A DNA stretch of 64,000 bases from Macrostomum lignano. Its lineage: Eukaryota. The stretch is from assembly GCA_002269645.1 (NCBI GenBank), contig NIVC01000949.1:110492-174491 (forward strand), read 5' to 3'. Every line of letters starts with the position of its first letter. Positions within the stretch are counted from its first letter, which is position 1. Positions 12,985-41,199 of this stretch are shown in pieces. Both the position numbers and the translations under genes were made by a program. Below the pieces are notes generated by a model, which was given only the letters and a program-made list of their open reading frames with translations, ran no database searches and had not been told where the DNA came from.

Positions 12985-15900
12985 TTTCCCAATCTTAATA
13001 TCCCCAATCTTCATATCCCCAATCTTCATATCCTCCAATCTTTATATCCCCAATCTTCATATCCTCCAATCTTCATATCCTCCAATCTTTATATCCCCAA
13101 TCTTCATATCCCCAATCTTCATATCCTCCAATCTTTATATCCCCAATCTTTATATCCTCCAATCTTCATATCCCCAATCTTCATATCCCCAATCTTCATA
13201 TCCTCCAATCTTCATATCCCCAATCTTTATATCCTCCAATCTTAATATTCCCAATCTTCATATCCCCAATCTTCATATCCTCCAATCTTCATATCCCCAA
13301 TCTTTATATCCTCCAATCTTCATATCCCCAATCTTCATATCCCCAATCTTCATATCCTCCAATCTTCATATCCCCAATCTTCATATCCCCAATCTTCATA
13401 TCCTCCAATCTTCATATCCCCAATCTTTATATCCTCCAATCTTCATATCCCCAATCTTCATATCCCCAATCTTCATATCCTCCAATCTTCATATCCCCAA
13501 TCTTCATATCCTCCAATCTTCATATCCCCAATCTTCATATCCCCAATCTTCATATCCTCCAATCTTCATATCCCCAATCTTCATATCGCAATCTTCATAA
13601 CCCCAATCTTTATATCCCCAATCTTTATATCCCCAATCTTCATATCCCCAGTCTCCATCTTCCCCAATCTTCATATCCCCAATCTCCATTTCCCCAATCT
13701 TCATATCCCCAGTCTCCATCTTCCCCAATCTTCATATCCCCAATCTTCATCTTCCCAATCTCTATCTTCCCCAATCTTCATCTTCCCCAATCTTCATATC
13801 CCCAATCTTCATCTTCCCCAATCTTCATCTTTCCCAATCTTCATCTTCCCCAATCTTCATATCCCCAATCTTCATCTTCCCAATCTCTATCTTCCCCAAT
13901 CTTCATATCCCCAATCTTCATATCCCCAATCTCCATCTTCCCCAATCTTCATATCCTCAATCTCCATATCCCCAATCTCCATATCCCCAATCTTCATCTT
14001 CCCAATCTTCATCTTCCCCAATCTTCATATCCCCAATCTTCATCTTCCCCAATCTTCATATCCCCAATCTTCATCTTCCCCAATCTTCATCTTCCCCAAT
14101 CTCTATCTTCCCCAATCTTCATATCCCCAATCTCCATCTTCCCCAATCTTCATATCCCCAATCTCCATATCCCCAATCTCCATATCCCCAATCTTCATAT
14201 CCCCAATCTTCATCTTCCCCAATCTCCATATCCCCAATCTTCATCTTCCCCAATCTCCATATCCCCAATCTTCATCTTCCCCAATCTTTATATCCCCAAT
14301 CTCCATATCCCCAATCTCCATCTTCCCCAATCTTCATCTTCCCCAATCTCCATATCCCCAATCTCCATCTTCCCCAATCTTCATATCCCCAATCTTCATA
14401 TCCTCAATGTGCATATCCCCAATCTCCGTTTCCCCAATCTTCATATCCCCAATCTCCATATCCCCAATCTCCATATCCCCAATCTTCATATCCCCAATCT
14501 TCATATCCTCAATGTGCATATCCCCAATCTCCATCTTCCCCAATCTTCATATCCCCAATCTTCATATCCTCAATGTGCATATCCCCAATCTCCATCTTCC
14601 CCAATCTCCATATCCCCAATCTCCATATCCCCAATCTCCATATCCCCAATCTCCATATCCCCAATCTCCATATCCCCAATCTCCATATCCCCAATCTTCA
14701 TCTTCCCCAATCTTCATATCCCCAATCTCCATCTTCCCCAATCTCCATATCCCCAATCTCCATATCCCCAATCTTCATATCCCCAATCTTCATATCCTCA
14801 ATGTGCATATCCCCAATCTCCATATCCCCAATCTCCATCTTCCCTAATCTTCATATCCCCAATCTCCATCTTCCCCAATCTTCATATCCCCAATCTCCAT
14901 CTTCCCCAATCTTCATCTTCCCCAATCTTCATATCCCCAATCTTCATTTTCCCCAATCTTCATATCCCCAATCTCCATCTTCCCCAATCTTCATCTTCCC
15001 CAATCTTCATATCCCCAATCTCCATCTTCCCCAATCTTCATATCCCCAATCTCCATATCCCCAATCTCCATATCCCCAATCTTCATATCCCCAATCTCCA
15101 TATCCCCAATCTCCATATCCCCAATCTTCATATCCCCAATCTTCATATCCTCAATGTGCATATCCCCAATCTCCATCTTCCCCAATCTTCATATCCCCAA
15201 TCTTCATATCCTCAATGTGCATATCCCCAATCTCCATCTTCCCCAATCTCCATATCCCCAATCTCCATATCCCCAATCTCCATATCCCCAATCTCCATAT
15301 CCCCAATCTCCATATCCCCAATCTCCATATCCCCAATCTTCATCTTCCCCAATCTTCATATCCCCAATCTCCATCTTCCCCAATCTCCATATCCCCAATC
15401 TCCATATCCCCAATCTTCATATCCCCAATCTTCATATCCTCAATGTGCATATCCCCAATCTCCATATCCCCAATCTCCATCTTCCCTAATCTTCATATCC
15501 CCAATCTCCATCTTCCCCAATCTTCATATCCCCAATCTCCATCTTCCCCAATCTTCATCTTCCCCAATCTTCATATCCCCAATCTTCATTTTCCCCAATC
15601 TTCATATCCCCAATCTCCATCTTCCCCAATCTTCATCTTCCCCAATCTTCATATCCCCAATCTCCATCTTCCCCAATCTTCATATCCCCAATCTCCATAT
15701 CCCCAATCTCCATATCCCCAATCTTCATATCCCCAATCTTCATATCCTCAATGTGCATATCCCAATCTCCATCTTCCCCAATCTTCATATCCCCAATCTT
15801 CATCTTCCCCAATCTTCATCTTCCCCAATCTTCATATCCCCAATCTTCATCTTCCCCAATCTTCATCTTCCCCAATCTTCATATCCCCAATCTCCATCTT

Positions 15901-16190
15901 CCCCAATCTTCATCTTCCCCAATCTTCATATCCCCAATCTCCATCTTCCCCAATCTTCATATCCCCAATCTCCATCTTCCCCAGTCTTCATCTTCCCCAA
16001 TCTTCATATCCCCAATCTCCATCTTCCCCAATCTTCATATCCCCAATCTCCATATCCCCAATCTCCATATCCCCAATCCCCATATCCCCAATCTCCATAT
16101 CCCCAATCTCCATATCCCCAATCTCCATATCCCCAATCTTCATATCCCCAATCTTCATATCCTCAATGTGCATATCCCCAATCTTCATAA
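12985..16190. repeat. ~3.2-kb 15-bp satellite (CCCCAATCTYCATAT, 14-16-bp variants) containing a 642-bp higher-order duplication
   Basis: IPNLH/QSPYP periodic ORFs. Rare variant units recur 642 bp apart (e.g. CCTAATCT ~14843/15485, CCTCAATGTG 14796/15438). Confidence 0.96.
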
Positions 16191-17039
16191 TCCGCTCTGC
16201 TACCTATTCACCGTTCTCAGAATTGTCTTGTTCTATCTCTTATCTATCTTTCTATCTCTCTCTTTTCTATTGTCTGTATATTATCCGTAAGAAATTTATA
16301 TTTTCATAAAAAAATGTCTCGTCAAGAGTTCAAGAACCCAATCTTTAATCAATTGACTGTCTCTCTTTGTCCAGACGGGCGGCCCTGCTGCAGCCGCAAA
16401 GAAACTCCAATCGATTTTTGCAGAGTTCGTGCAGACGGCAGCTTGACAAGTCAGCTGTCGCGGGCCATAATTCATGCGGTTCCGGCACTACCCCCCCCCC
16501 TGCGCCCAACAAATATTTGATGAAAATACGGGCGCACAATCGCATTCTTAACAGAACAAATAAATTTGTTAGGATTGATTGCGCCAGCCTCAATTAATGA
16601 GGCTGTTTGTGACCACCCAGTCAGTATTACATACTTGTGCTGATACTGGAACTTACCAAGTTCCTGCTAAACAGAGGCCAAGATTCCGGAATTGCGGAAT
16701 TCGAGAGGTCAAAGTGGCGGCGGCAGCAGCCCCCACCCCCCCCTCCCACCTACAGCTATTACAGTCTGTGGAATTTGAAAAGTAGCAGCTTACAATGCTG
16801 GGATCCGACTACCCCCGCTCTCATGTCAACTTGACAATGTCACGAATGAAGCTTGACAAAGTGACCTGTCTGGTGACAGGGCTCTGGAGCCGCGGTTCGA
16901 TTCTGGGGTTTCACCCAGCTCTATTTAGGGAACTAGGGAATAGAGAGATATAGAGAGATAAGACAGAGACAGCTCAGATTTAGATATATAGATTATCCAA
17001 TAACTGTAGAAGAAAGCGAGCAATGGAATCCGAGTAAAG

Positions 17040-17345
17040 CTCATGATCATTAATGATCATAGTCATTGCTCATAATCATAGTCATTGTCCATGATCATAG
17101 TCATTGCTCATGATCATAGTCATTGTCCATGATCATAGTCATTGTTCATGATCATAGTCATTGTTCATAATCATAGTCATTGTTCATGATCATAGTCATT
17201 GTTCATGATCATAGTCATTGCTCATGATCATAGTCATTGTCCATGATCATAGTCATTGTTCATGATCATAGTCATTGTTCATAATCATAGTCATTGTTCA
17301 TGATCATAGTCATTGCTCATGATCATAGTCATTGTTCATGATCAT
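17040..17345. repeat. 19-bp minisatellite (CATGATCATAGTCATTGTT)
   Basis: Direct reading. Confidence 0.93.
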
Positions 17346-17550
17346 AATAGAACAAGACAAGTAGAGAGATACAACAAGTAGGGGTAGAACAAGAGAAGTG
17401 AGAGATAGAACAAGAGAAGTGAGAGATAGAACAAGATAAGTGAGAGATAAGTGAGAGATAGAACAAGATAAGTGAGAGATAGAACAAGAGAAGTGAGAGA
17501 TAGAACAAGAGAAGTGAGAGATGCAACGAGAGAAGTGACAAGAGATCTCT
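17346..17550. repeat. 19-bp purine-rich minisatellite (GAGATAGAACAAGAGAAGT)
   Basis: Direct reading; abuts the previous array. Confidence 0.85.
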
Positions 17551-18264
17551 GCTCTCTACTCGCACCTGTCTCCTACAGATGTGGCGTCAATCTCGCTGAA
17601 GCAGAGCAAGTGAGCGCCGCCCTCTATCAAGATTAAAGCAGCCTAAAGCGGCAGGATTCGCATTTGCCAATTAGCAAGAATTTTTGCCGAACACAGCAAA
17701 AGCATTGACCTCTCTTCTAGCTCTCTCCGGTGTCATTCAAACAGCCGCGATCTAGCCACTGATATCGGGTCCCGATCCCATGGGAATACTTGAAATTCCC
17801 TATGCAACTATGCGTAGCCCGCGCCCAAGATGGACAAGTCTTGAATGACAGCGCAACAGCGCGGACGAGGAAGCAGGTGCCAGAAAAATCGCGAGAAATT
17901 TTTCAACAACACGCGCAGGTCCGACCTCGGCATGCGGTTTACCTGTCAATCAGTTTTTGGGAGAAGTGAAACTCTGGCCCATTGTCTAACCTTCCCTATC
18001 TGGTCTACTCAACATCAAGGTTGTCAAGCCACTCAATCCATTCAACCCCGTATCCTTCACCTTCGCTCTCGAGCTGTAAGCAGCTGTCATTACCTTCCAT
18101 CTGGGATAGAAGTCACCTGCAGTACCTGTTTTGCTCTGGGCTAGTGACTTGGAGGTTCCGTATTACCTGCCTGATTCAATCATTGCAGTTCTGAGCCACT
18201 AAGTCGACTGTTGGAGTCTCCCTGTCAGAGTTCTTTATTACTGCTGTCTATTATAGATCGGGCC

Positions 18265-18795
18265 ATTTCCTCTGTCAAATATTGCCATTTCCCTCTGTCA
18301 GGCTGTGCCATTTCCCTCTGTCAGTCTGTGCCATTTCCCTCTGTCAGGCTGTGCCATTTCCCTCTGTCAGGCTGTGCCATTTCCCTCTGTCAGGCTGTGC
18401 CATTTCCCTCTGTCAGGCTGTGCCATTTCCCTCTGTCAGGCTGTGCCATTCCCTCTGTCAGGCTGTGCCATTCCCTCTGTCAGGCTGTGCCATTTCCCTC
18501 TGTCAGGCTGTGCCATTTCCCTCTGTCAGGCTGTGCCATTTCCTCTGTCAGGCTGTGCCATTCCCTCTGTCAGGCTGTGCCATTTCCTCTGTCAGGCCGT
18601 GCCATTTCCTCTGTTAGGCTGTGCCATTTCCCTCTGTCAGGCTGTGCCATTTCCTCTGTCAAATAGTGCCATTTCCCTCTGTCAGGCTGTGCCATTTCCC
18701 TCTGTCAGGCTGTGCCATTTCCCTCTGTTAGGCTGTGCCATTTCCCTCTGTCAGGCTGTGCCATTCCCTCTGTTAGGCTGTGCCATTTACCCTGT
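18265..18795. repeat. 23-bp minisatellite (GCCATTTCCCTCTGTCAGGCTGT)
   Basis: Period 22-23. Confidence 0.95.
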
Positions 18796-19480
18796 CAGGC
18801 CTCCTTACGAGTACAAGAGCATGTCGGCTTTCACACTTTCTCTCAGACCAGCTGCCATAGCAGGTAGTCAAGTGCGCCAATCGTGCACCAACATGCTGAT
18901 AAATGCATTGAGAAACAGGAGCCAGAGCGGAACCGACTCAATAGGGGGAATTTTTCGGCACAAAAGAAGCCGCCGCAACGAAAATGATAAAAGCAGAGAG
19001 GGATTCGGGAAGAGAGCAAAATAGGATGGGAAAACTGGGGAGGGGGGGTTTCAAGAGTGTTGCTGCCTATCTGGAAGGCAAGCGACCTTCCTGTTCGCAA
19101 GTGGCTGCACTGGGGAAGTGAGAGGCGACAGAGCAGCAGTTGTGTGTGGGTTGAGTTTGTGACACTGCAGCGGGGCCGGTCACGGTCAGTGGGTGTCCGT
19201 GGCTTCCCTGCGGGGCGGGGAGGTTGAGGCGAGGCTCAACAGCCTCTCGATGCGTGGTAACTCATTATTTGGGTCGGCCATTAGCTGGAGTGTGACGGGG
19301 GGGCTGCCACCAGCCACTGCTCCCAGTGCAGTCCTGCTTGATTGACTTTTCCAGCATCAGCGCGACGAGATGAAGGAGCTGCTGGGGCTGGGCAGGAGGG
19401 CGATGCAGCTCTGAAGAGGCTGGGGTCCCGGTCAGGTGGGCGTGCGAATAACCAGCGATTCTTAAAGTTGCCCCCTCTGA

Positions 19481-20134
<654 letters not shown>

Positions 20135-20854
20135 CTTTACATTCCAAGCAAGAATCAATGTCAGAAAAACAGTTCTATTTAATAGTTAACGATAATTTCA
20201 AGTAGGAATTACGAGTAGCTACCAATTTCCAACAAGAAAAAGCTTTTATTTATATTTTGTTGCAGCAGATTACGAAGTAGAACAGCATCGCAGAATTGGG
20301 ATAGATAACTAACGAACGCCCTTGGCTTGGCCCCATCAAACTGAGAAAATGAGAATCTCTCCTGGACCAGGTGGGGCCGGAGGCTGAGTGTACCTGTGTG
20401 CACAATGCATGTCGCAGAAATTTCATCAAGCAACAGGGAACACGGCAGCAGGACAACACAAACAGGTCGCGGTAGAAACAGAATGAAAAGCGAATTCCGG
20501 TGCCCCCCCCGTTCGATAGTCAGTTTATCACAAAGCAGTTTTATCAATTTGTTGAGATAATTAAACACACGAATAAATCGATAGAATAAACAGAAATATA
20601 TAGAAACAGACTAGCGACAGTGGAGCATTTTAGTCAAATATGCAGCGCATGGAACCCCTGCCCAGTGCAAGCCGAAGCATCCGAGTATGGGAACGCAAAG
20701 AAGAAACTTTACAAATTGAAATTTAATAAAAAGAAGATTCGAACTTTCGGGAATTGGGGGGGGAGAGCAGAAAGGCGGGACAATTCAGTTCAGTGAGTAA
20801 TACTTCGACTGTTGTCAGTTGTGAATTGGCTTTAGGAGGCCGAACCCCGCGCAG

Positions 20855-35630
<14,776 letters not shown>

Positions 35631-36129
35631 TTCCAACTGGCAACATGGCACGGTTGCGAGAAGGCGCTCTACTTCGAAATCACTTGCCCGGCCACCTCCC
35701 GGCTTCTTTTAGTAGAGGAGAGAAGGGGGGAAATGTTTTTTAAAAGCCGCACAGAGAAGGGGAACCGGCCCGGTTGGCCAGGGAGAGGGGAGGAGCCGGC
35801 GGCCTTGAGGCGGTCCAGTTGGTCCGGCGATTGGCTGGCAGACGGACAGCCGCAAACATGCAACAGACAGGCGGACAAAGAATTAACAGACAGGCCTGTT
35901 CACTCGGTCCCTTTTCTGTCTTTATTCGGTAATTTCTGCTCAATATAAATCTGCTCGTTGATTTTTTAAATACTTTTTCTCTACTAAATGACCATGTCAA
36001 ATGAGAGAACTTGAAGAATTACTGCTCCGTAGATAGAAGCTATTTATTTTAGTTACGAAAACGTCCTGTCCGCAAGCGGCCACTGTACTGCCGGCCGTGC
36101 CAGGTGGGGTGGGGGCCGCCCGAGCCCCT

Positions 36130-36170
36130 GCGCCCGCGCCAATGGACCGCCAGACCAATCAGTGGCTGTC
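36130..36170. promoter_or_regulatory. Possible CCAAT boxes in the GC-rich region ~500 bp upstream of the BCL11 ATG
   Basis: GCCAATGG and ACCAATCAG within GC-rich sequence. The TSS is unknown; motif match only. Confidence 0.25.
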
Positions 36171-36416
36171 GGTCGGTCCAGGGGAAGGGGCAGGGCAGGG
36201 GACCTCGTCGACGCCACTTCCCCAAGGCAGCTTTTTCCCTCCAAAGTCTTCCCAGCAATTTTTTCGGTCTAGCATTGGTCAGGTGGCCGAGTGGGAGGAG
36301 GCGGGGGAGATAAAACGATACTGGAAGGTGGGGTGCTCCGGCGGACAGAGAGAGACATACTACTGTACGAGGTGGGTCCAGTAGCATGTGACGAATATAT
36401 GCAAATTAACTAGAAG

Positions 36417-36777
<361 letters not shown>

Positions 36778-36806
36778 ATAAAGCTTAAGATCAACATTTA
36801 AGGCGA

Positions 36807-36853
36807 AAACCAACGCGTTTCAACCCACTAGGGCCGTCGTCAGGGTATATTTT
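36807..36853 (-). ncRNA. Second (antisense) copy of the hammerhead motif in the inverted arm
   Basis: Exact reverse complement of 37734-37780. Confidence 0.65.
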
Positions 36854-36980
36854 ATCACTGAACGAAACACTCAATATAAATAAGCAAACGATTGTACTAT
36901 CTCAAGTGTCAAATTGAAAACGGGAGGGTAACCAATGTACGAAAAACATAAAAAAACTAGGGGTTGGAGTTAAGCGAGAA

Positions 36981-37021
<41 letters not shown>

Positions 37022-37240
37022 CAAACAAATGTAAAAAAACAAAATGTACGCGCAACAAAAAATAGTCAAACTCAAAACACCCTAAGAAGGTGGCCCGCAC
37101 CACTATGTAGCAATTGCACATTGAGACTGGGATTTTGAGCTTTGATGTGCAGCGCTTCAAGAATGCTAAGCTTGAATTCAGAGTTAGCACGGTCGATAAT
37201 TTTATTTCTGATTTCTTCTGATTTCTGATTTCTTCTTATT

Positions 37241-37519
37241 TCTGAAGATCAGAATATCTCTTACGTGGGAAAAACCAAAAGACACCTGCACACCAGAGTT
37301 AGGGAGCATTGGCTGAAAAAATCTGCTATCCAGGACCACCTTCTGGAATGCAAGGGCTGCTGTGACAGAGAACAGATTGAATTGTTTAAAATTATCGACC
37401 GTGCTAACTCTGAATTCAAGCTTAGCATTCTTGAAGCGCTGCACATCAAAGCTCAAAATCCCAGTCTCAATGTGCAATTGCTACATAGTGGTGCGGGCCA
37501 CCTTCTTAGGGTGTTTTGA
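37241..37519 (+). pseudogene. Truncated PLE GIY-YIG endonuclease domain
   Basis: Reads SYVGKTKRHLHTRVREHWLKKSAIQDHLLECKGCC...FKIIDRANSEFKLSILEALHIKAQNPSLN: YxGxTxRxLxxRxxEH, H/C zinc ligands, catalytic-type LEALHI and NPxLN. The first (GIY) strand and the RT are missing. Confidence 0.85.
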
Positions 37520-37569
37520 GTTTGACTATTTTTTGTTGCGCGTACATTTTGTTTTTTTACATCTGTTTG

Positions 37570-37606
<37 letters not shown>

Positions 37607-37733
37607 TTCTCGCTTAACTCCAACCCCTAGTTTTTTTATGTTTTTCGTACATTGGTTACCCTCCCGTTTTCAATTTGACACTTGAGATAGTACAATCGTT
37701 TGCTTATTTATATTGAGTGTTTCGTTCAGTGAT

Positions 37734-37780
37734 AAAATATACCCTGACGACGGCCCTAGTGGGTTGAAACGCGTTGGTTT
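37734..37780 (+). ncRNA. Minimal type I hammerhead ribozyme motif in the PLE pLTR
   Basis: CUGACGA (37744-37750), stem II GGCCC-UAGU-GGGUU (one extra C, two GU pairs), GAAA (37766-37769), palindromic AACGCGUU in place of helix III, predicted cleavage after GUU at 37775, short stem I ACC/GGU. Confidence 0.7.
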
Positions 37781-37844
37781 TCGCCTTAAATGTTGATCTT
37801 AAGCTTTATTTATTTGCTATTAATTAAGCGAGCAACTCTACCAC

Positions 37845-39035
<1,191 letters not shown>

Positions 39036-39779
39036 GATAGATAAAAGCTCATACTGCATCCGGTTCACCAGGTGGCCCCCAGGTGTGAAGCGCGTGTCAC
39101 CCCAGTCCTCGCTCCTCACTCCCCTATTTTCTCTCATCGGCAATCCTCCGACAACAATGAACCAAGAGGATTTTCTAGAATTAGAAATTAGCTCTCAGAT
39201 TTGGCAAGGCACCCATTGTCCTCAATGATAGGCGGGGCTCGGAGTCACTCAAGTTTGAAGGCCGCCCAGCTTCTTAAGCGCACTTGTGAATTGCCCAGAG
39301 CATCAAATCTGCCCCGCAACCCTCAGCTCGACCCTGCAATTTTATTTTTTAACCAGTGATCTTAATAATGAAAAAAATGGACGGCTTAATTAAAAATGTA
39401 GTTGCCATGCCGCACCAGCGATAGTTCACAGGAGTTGTCTTCCTTTTTTGTTGCAACCCAAAACCGTGACTTCGCTGCTGACCCCAAAATCTGCTTTCCA
39501 CAATGCTCAGACCGAATCGCCTCGGGGTGGCTTTTAATAGTCGCTCGGGTCGCTCGCAGAGCAGATGTTGAAGCCCGTTATTCCGAATTTATATTTCATT
39601 GATGCACTGAGCTGGCCAGAGAAGTTCCACCTCGCTATTCTCCTTTTTCTCTCCTTACCGTCTCACCATTTCTCGCTACACAGCTGGTTTTTCTCCCGTC
39701 CTGTTATCTTCTCTCTCTTCTCTTCCCACTCCGCCATCTCTCCCTCTCAATTTTCTCTCTTCCTCTCTTCCCTCTCTCC

Positions 39780-40050
39780 CACTCTCTACCTCTCTCCCAG
39801 TCTCCACCTCTCTCCCACTCTCCACCTCTCTCCCACTCTCCACCTCTCTCCCAGTCTCCACCTCTCTCCCAGTCTCCACCTCTCTCCCAGTCTCCACCTC
39901 TCTCCCACTCTCCCCCTCTCTCCCACTCTCCTACTCTCCCACTCTCCCTCTCTTCCACTCTCCCCCACTCTCCCACTCTCCCGTCTCTCCCACTCTCCTC
40001 CTGTCTCCCACTCTCCCTCTCTCCTACTCTCCCCTCTCTCCCACTCTTTT
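39780..40050. repeat. 18-bp pyrimidine-rich minisatellite (CTCTCCCACTCTCCACCT)
   Basis: 6-aa periodic ORFs. Confidence 0.85.
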
Positions 40051-40739
40051 TCTAGCCTTCCTATCTCTTCCTCTTATCTCTCTGCCTCATTCTCTCGTCG
40101 CCTCTCTCCCCTAGCTCTCTCATATCCGTCTTCTGTCTGTTCCTCTGAGTGCGACTTCGGTACGATCCTGCAGCCAGCAGTCAGATCTTTCTTCTCGTCA
40201 CTCGCTGAGCTGAAAGAGCTGAACTCTTACCGCTCGTACGAGTAGTCTCTAGAAGAAGCTGTGCTCGGTTTAACATTGAAGTGTCAAAAAACGTAAGCGC
40301 TTCTGCTTCTTAACGCTCTCCTCTTTTTTAGTCAGCGAAACAATAAACTGAGAGACTGGTTCAGACCAGAGGAACAAATTCTAACTACAATGACAGCTTT
40401 GTGGGCGAGACTCTAAAGAAAAGGTTGTCAACTGTCAAGTCAAGTGTACAAGCCTTTCTGGTATTGTATTTTTTAAACAAAAAAAGTTTGCACGGGCGCT
40501 GGGACACTCGATGATATTGATCCCACACTGGTCCGCTCTCGGTCCAGTGAGTTTTGGATTGCCCATCAGAGTCATCAAGTGAGCTTTGTGCGAACATGGG
40601 GTTTATATATGTTTATATATTTAATTTTAATATTCTGTCTGCTCTAACCAGCTAGGAATACTACTGTGAGTAGAAATATAGTCATGGGTATAAAAATATA
40701 AACGATAGTTTATCCGAAGAAATAGGTGCTGCTGGTCAA

Positions 40740-41190
40740 AGTGTATATCTGTCTAATTGTTTGTCTAAGTGTCTGTCTAGTGTCTTTCTAAGTGTCTTAA
40801 TGTCTGCCTTGGTGCCTCTCTCAGTGTCTAAGGGTGCTAGTGTCTGTCTTAATGTCTGTCTTAGTGCCTGTCTTAGTGTCTGTATTAGTGTCTGTCTTAG
40901 TGCCTGTCTTAGTGTCCGCCTCAATGTCTGTTCTAATGTCTCAGTGTCTGTCTTAGTACCTTTTATGTCTTAGTGTCTTTCTAAGTGTCTGTCTAAGTGT
41001 CTGTCTCAGTGTCTGTCTCAGTGTCTGTCTCAGTGTCTTTCTAAGTGTCTGTCTCAGTGTCTGTCTCAGTGTCTGTCTCAGTGCCTGTCTCAGTGCCTGT
41101 CTCAGTGCCTGTCTCAGTGCCTGTCTCAGTGTCTGTCTCAGTGCCTGTCTCAGTGTCTGTCTCAGTGCCTGTCTCAGTGTCTTTCTGTCT
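40740..41190. repeat. 12-bp minisatellite (GTCTGTCTCAGT) starting immediately after the iGluR-A stop codon (putative 3' UTR)
   Basis: Direct reading; degenerate toward 40740. Confidence 0.88.
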
Positions 41191-41199
41191 ATCAGCCTG

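Noticed and set aside
16861-16930. B-box GGTTCGATTCT followed by TCACCCAGCT, similar to the SINE at 61 kb
   Set aside because: Too short and lacks a convincing A-box; at most a decayed SINE fragment.
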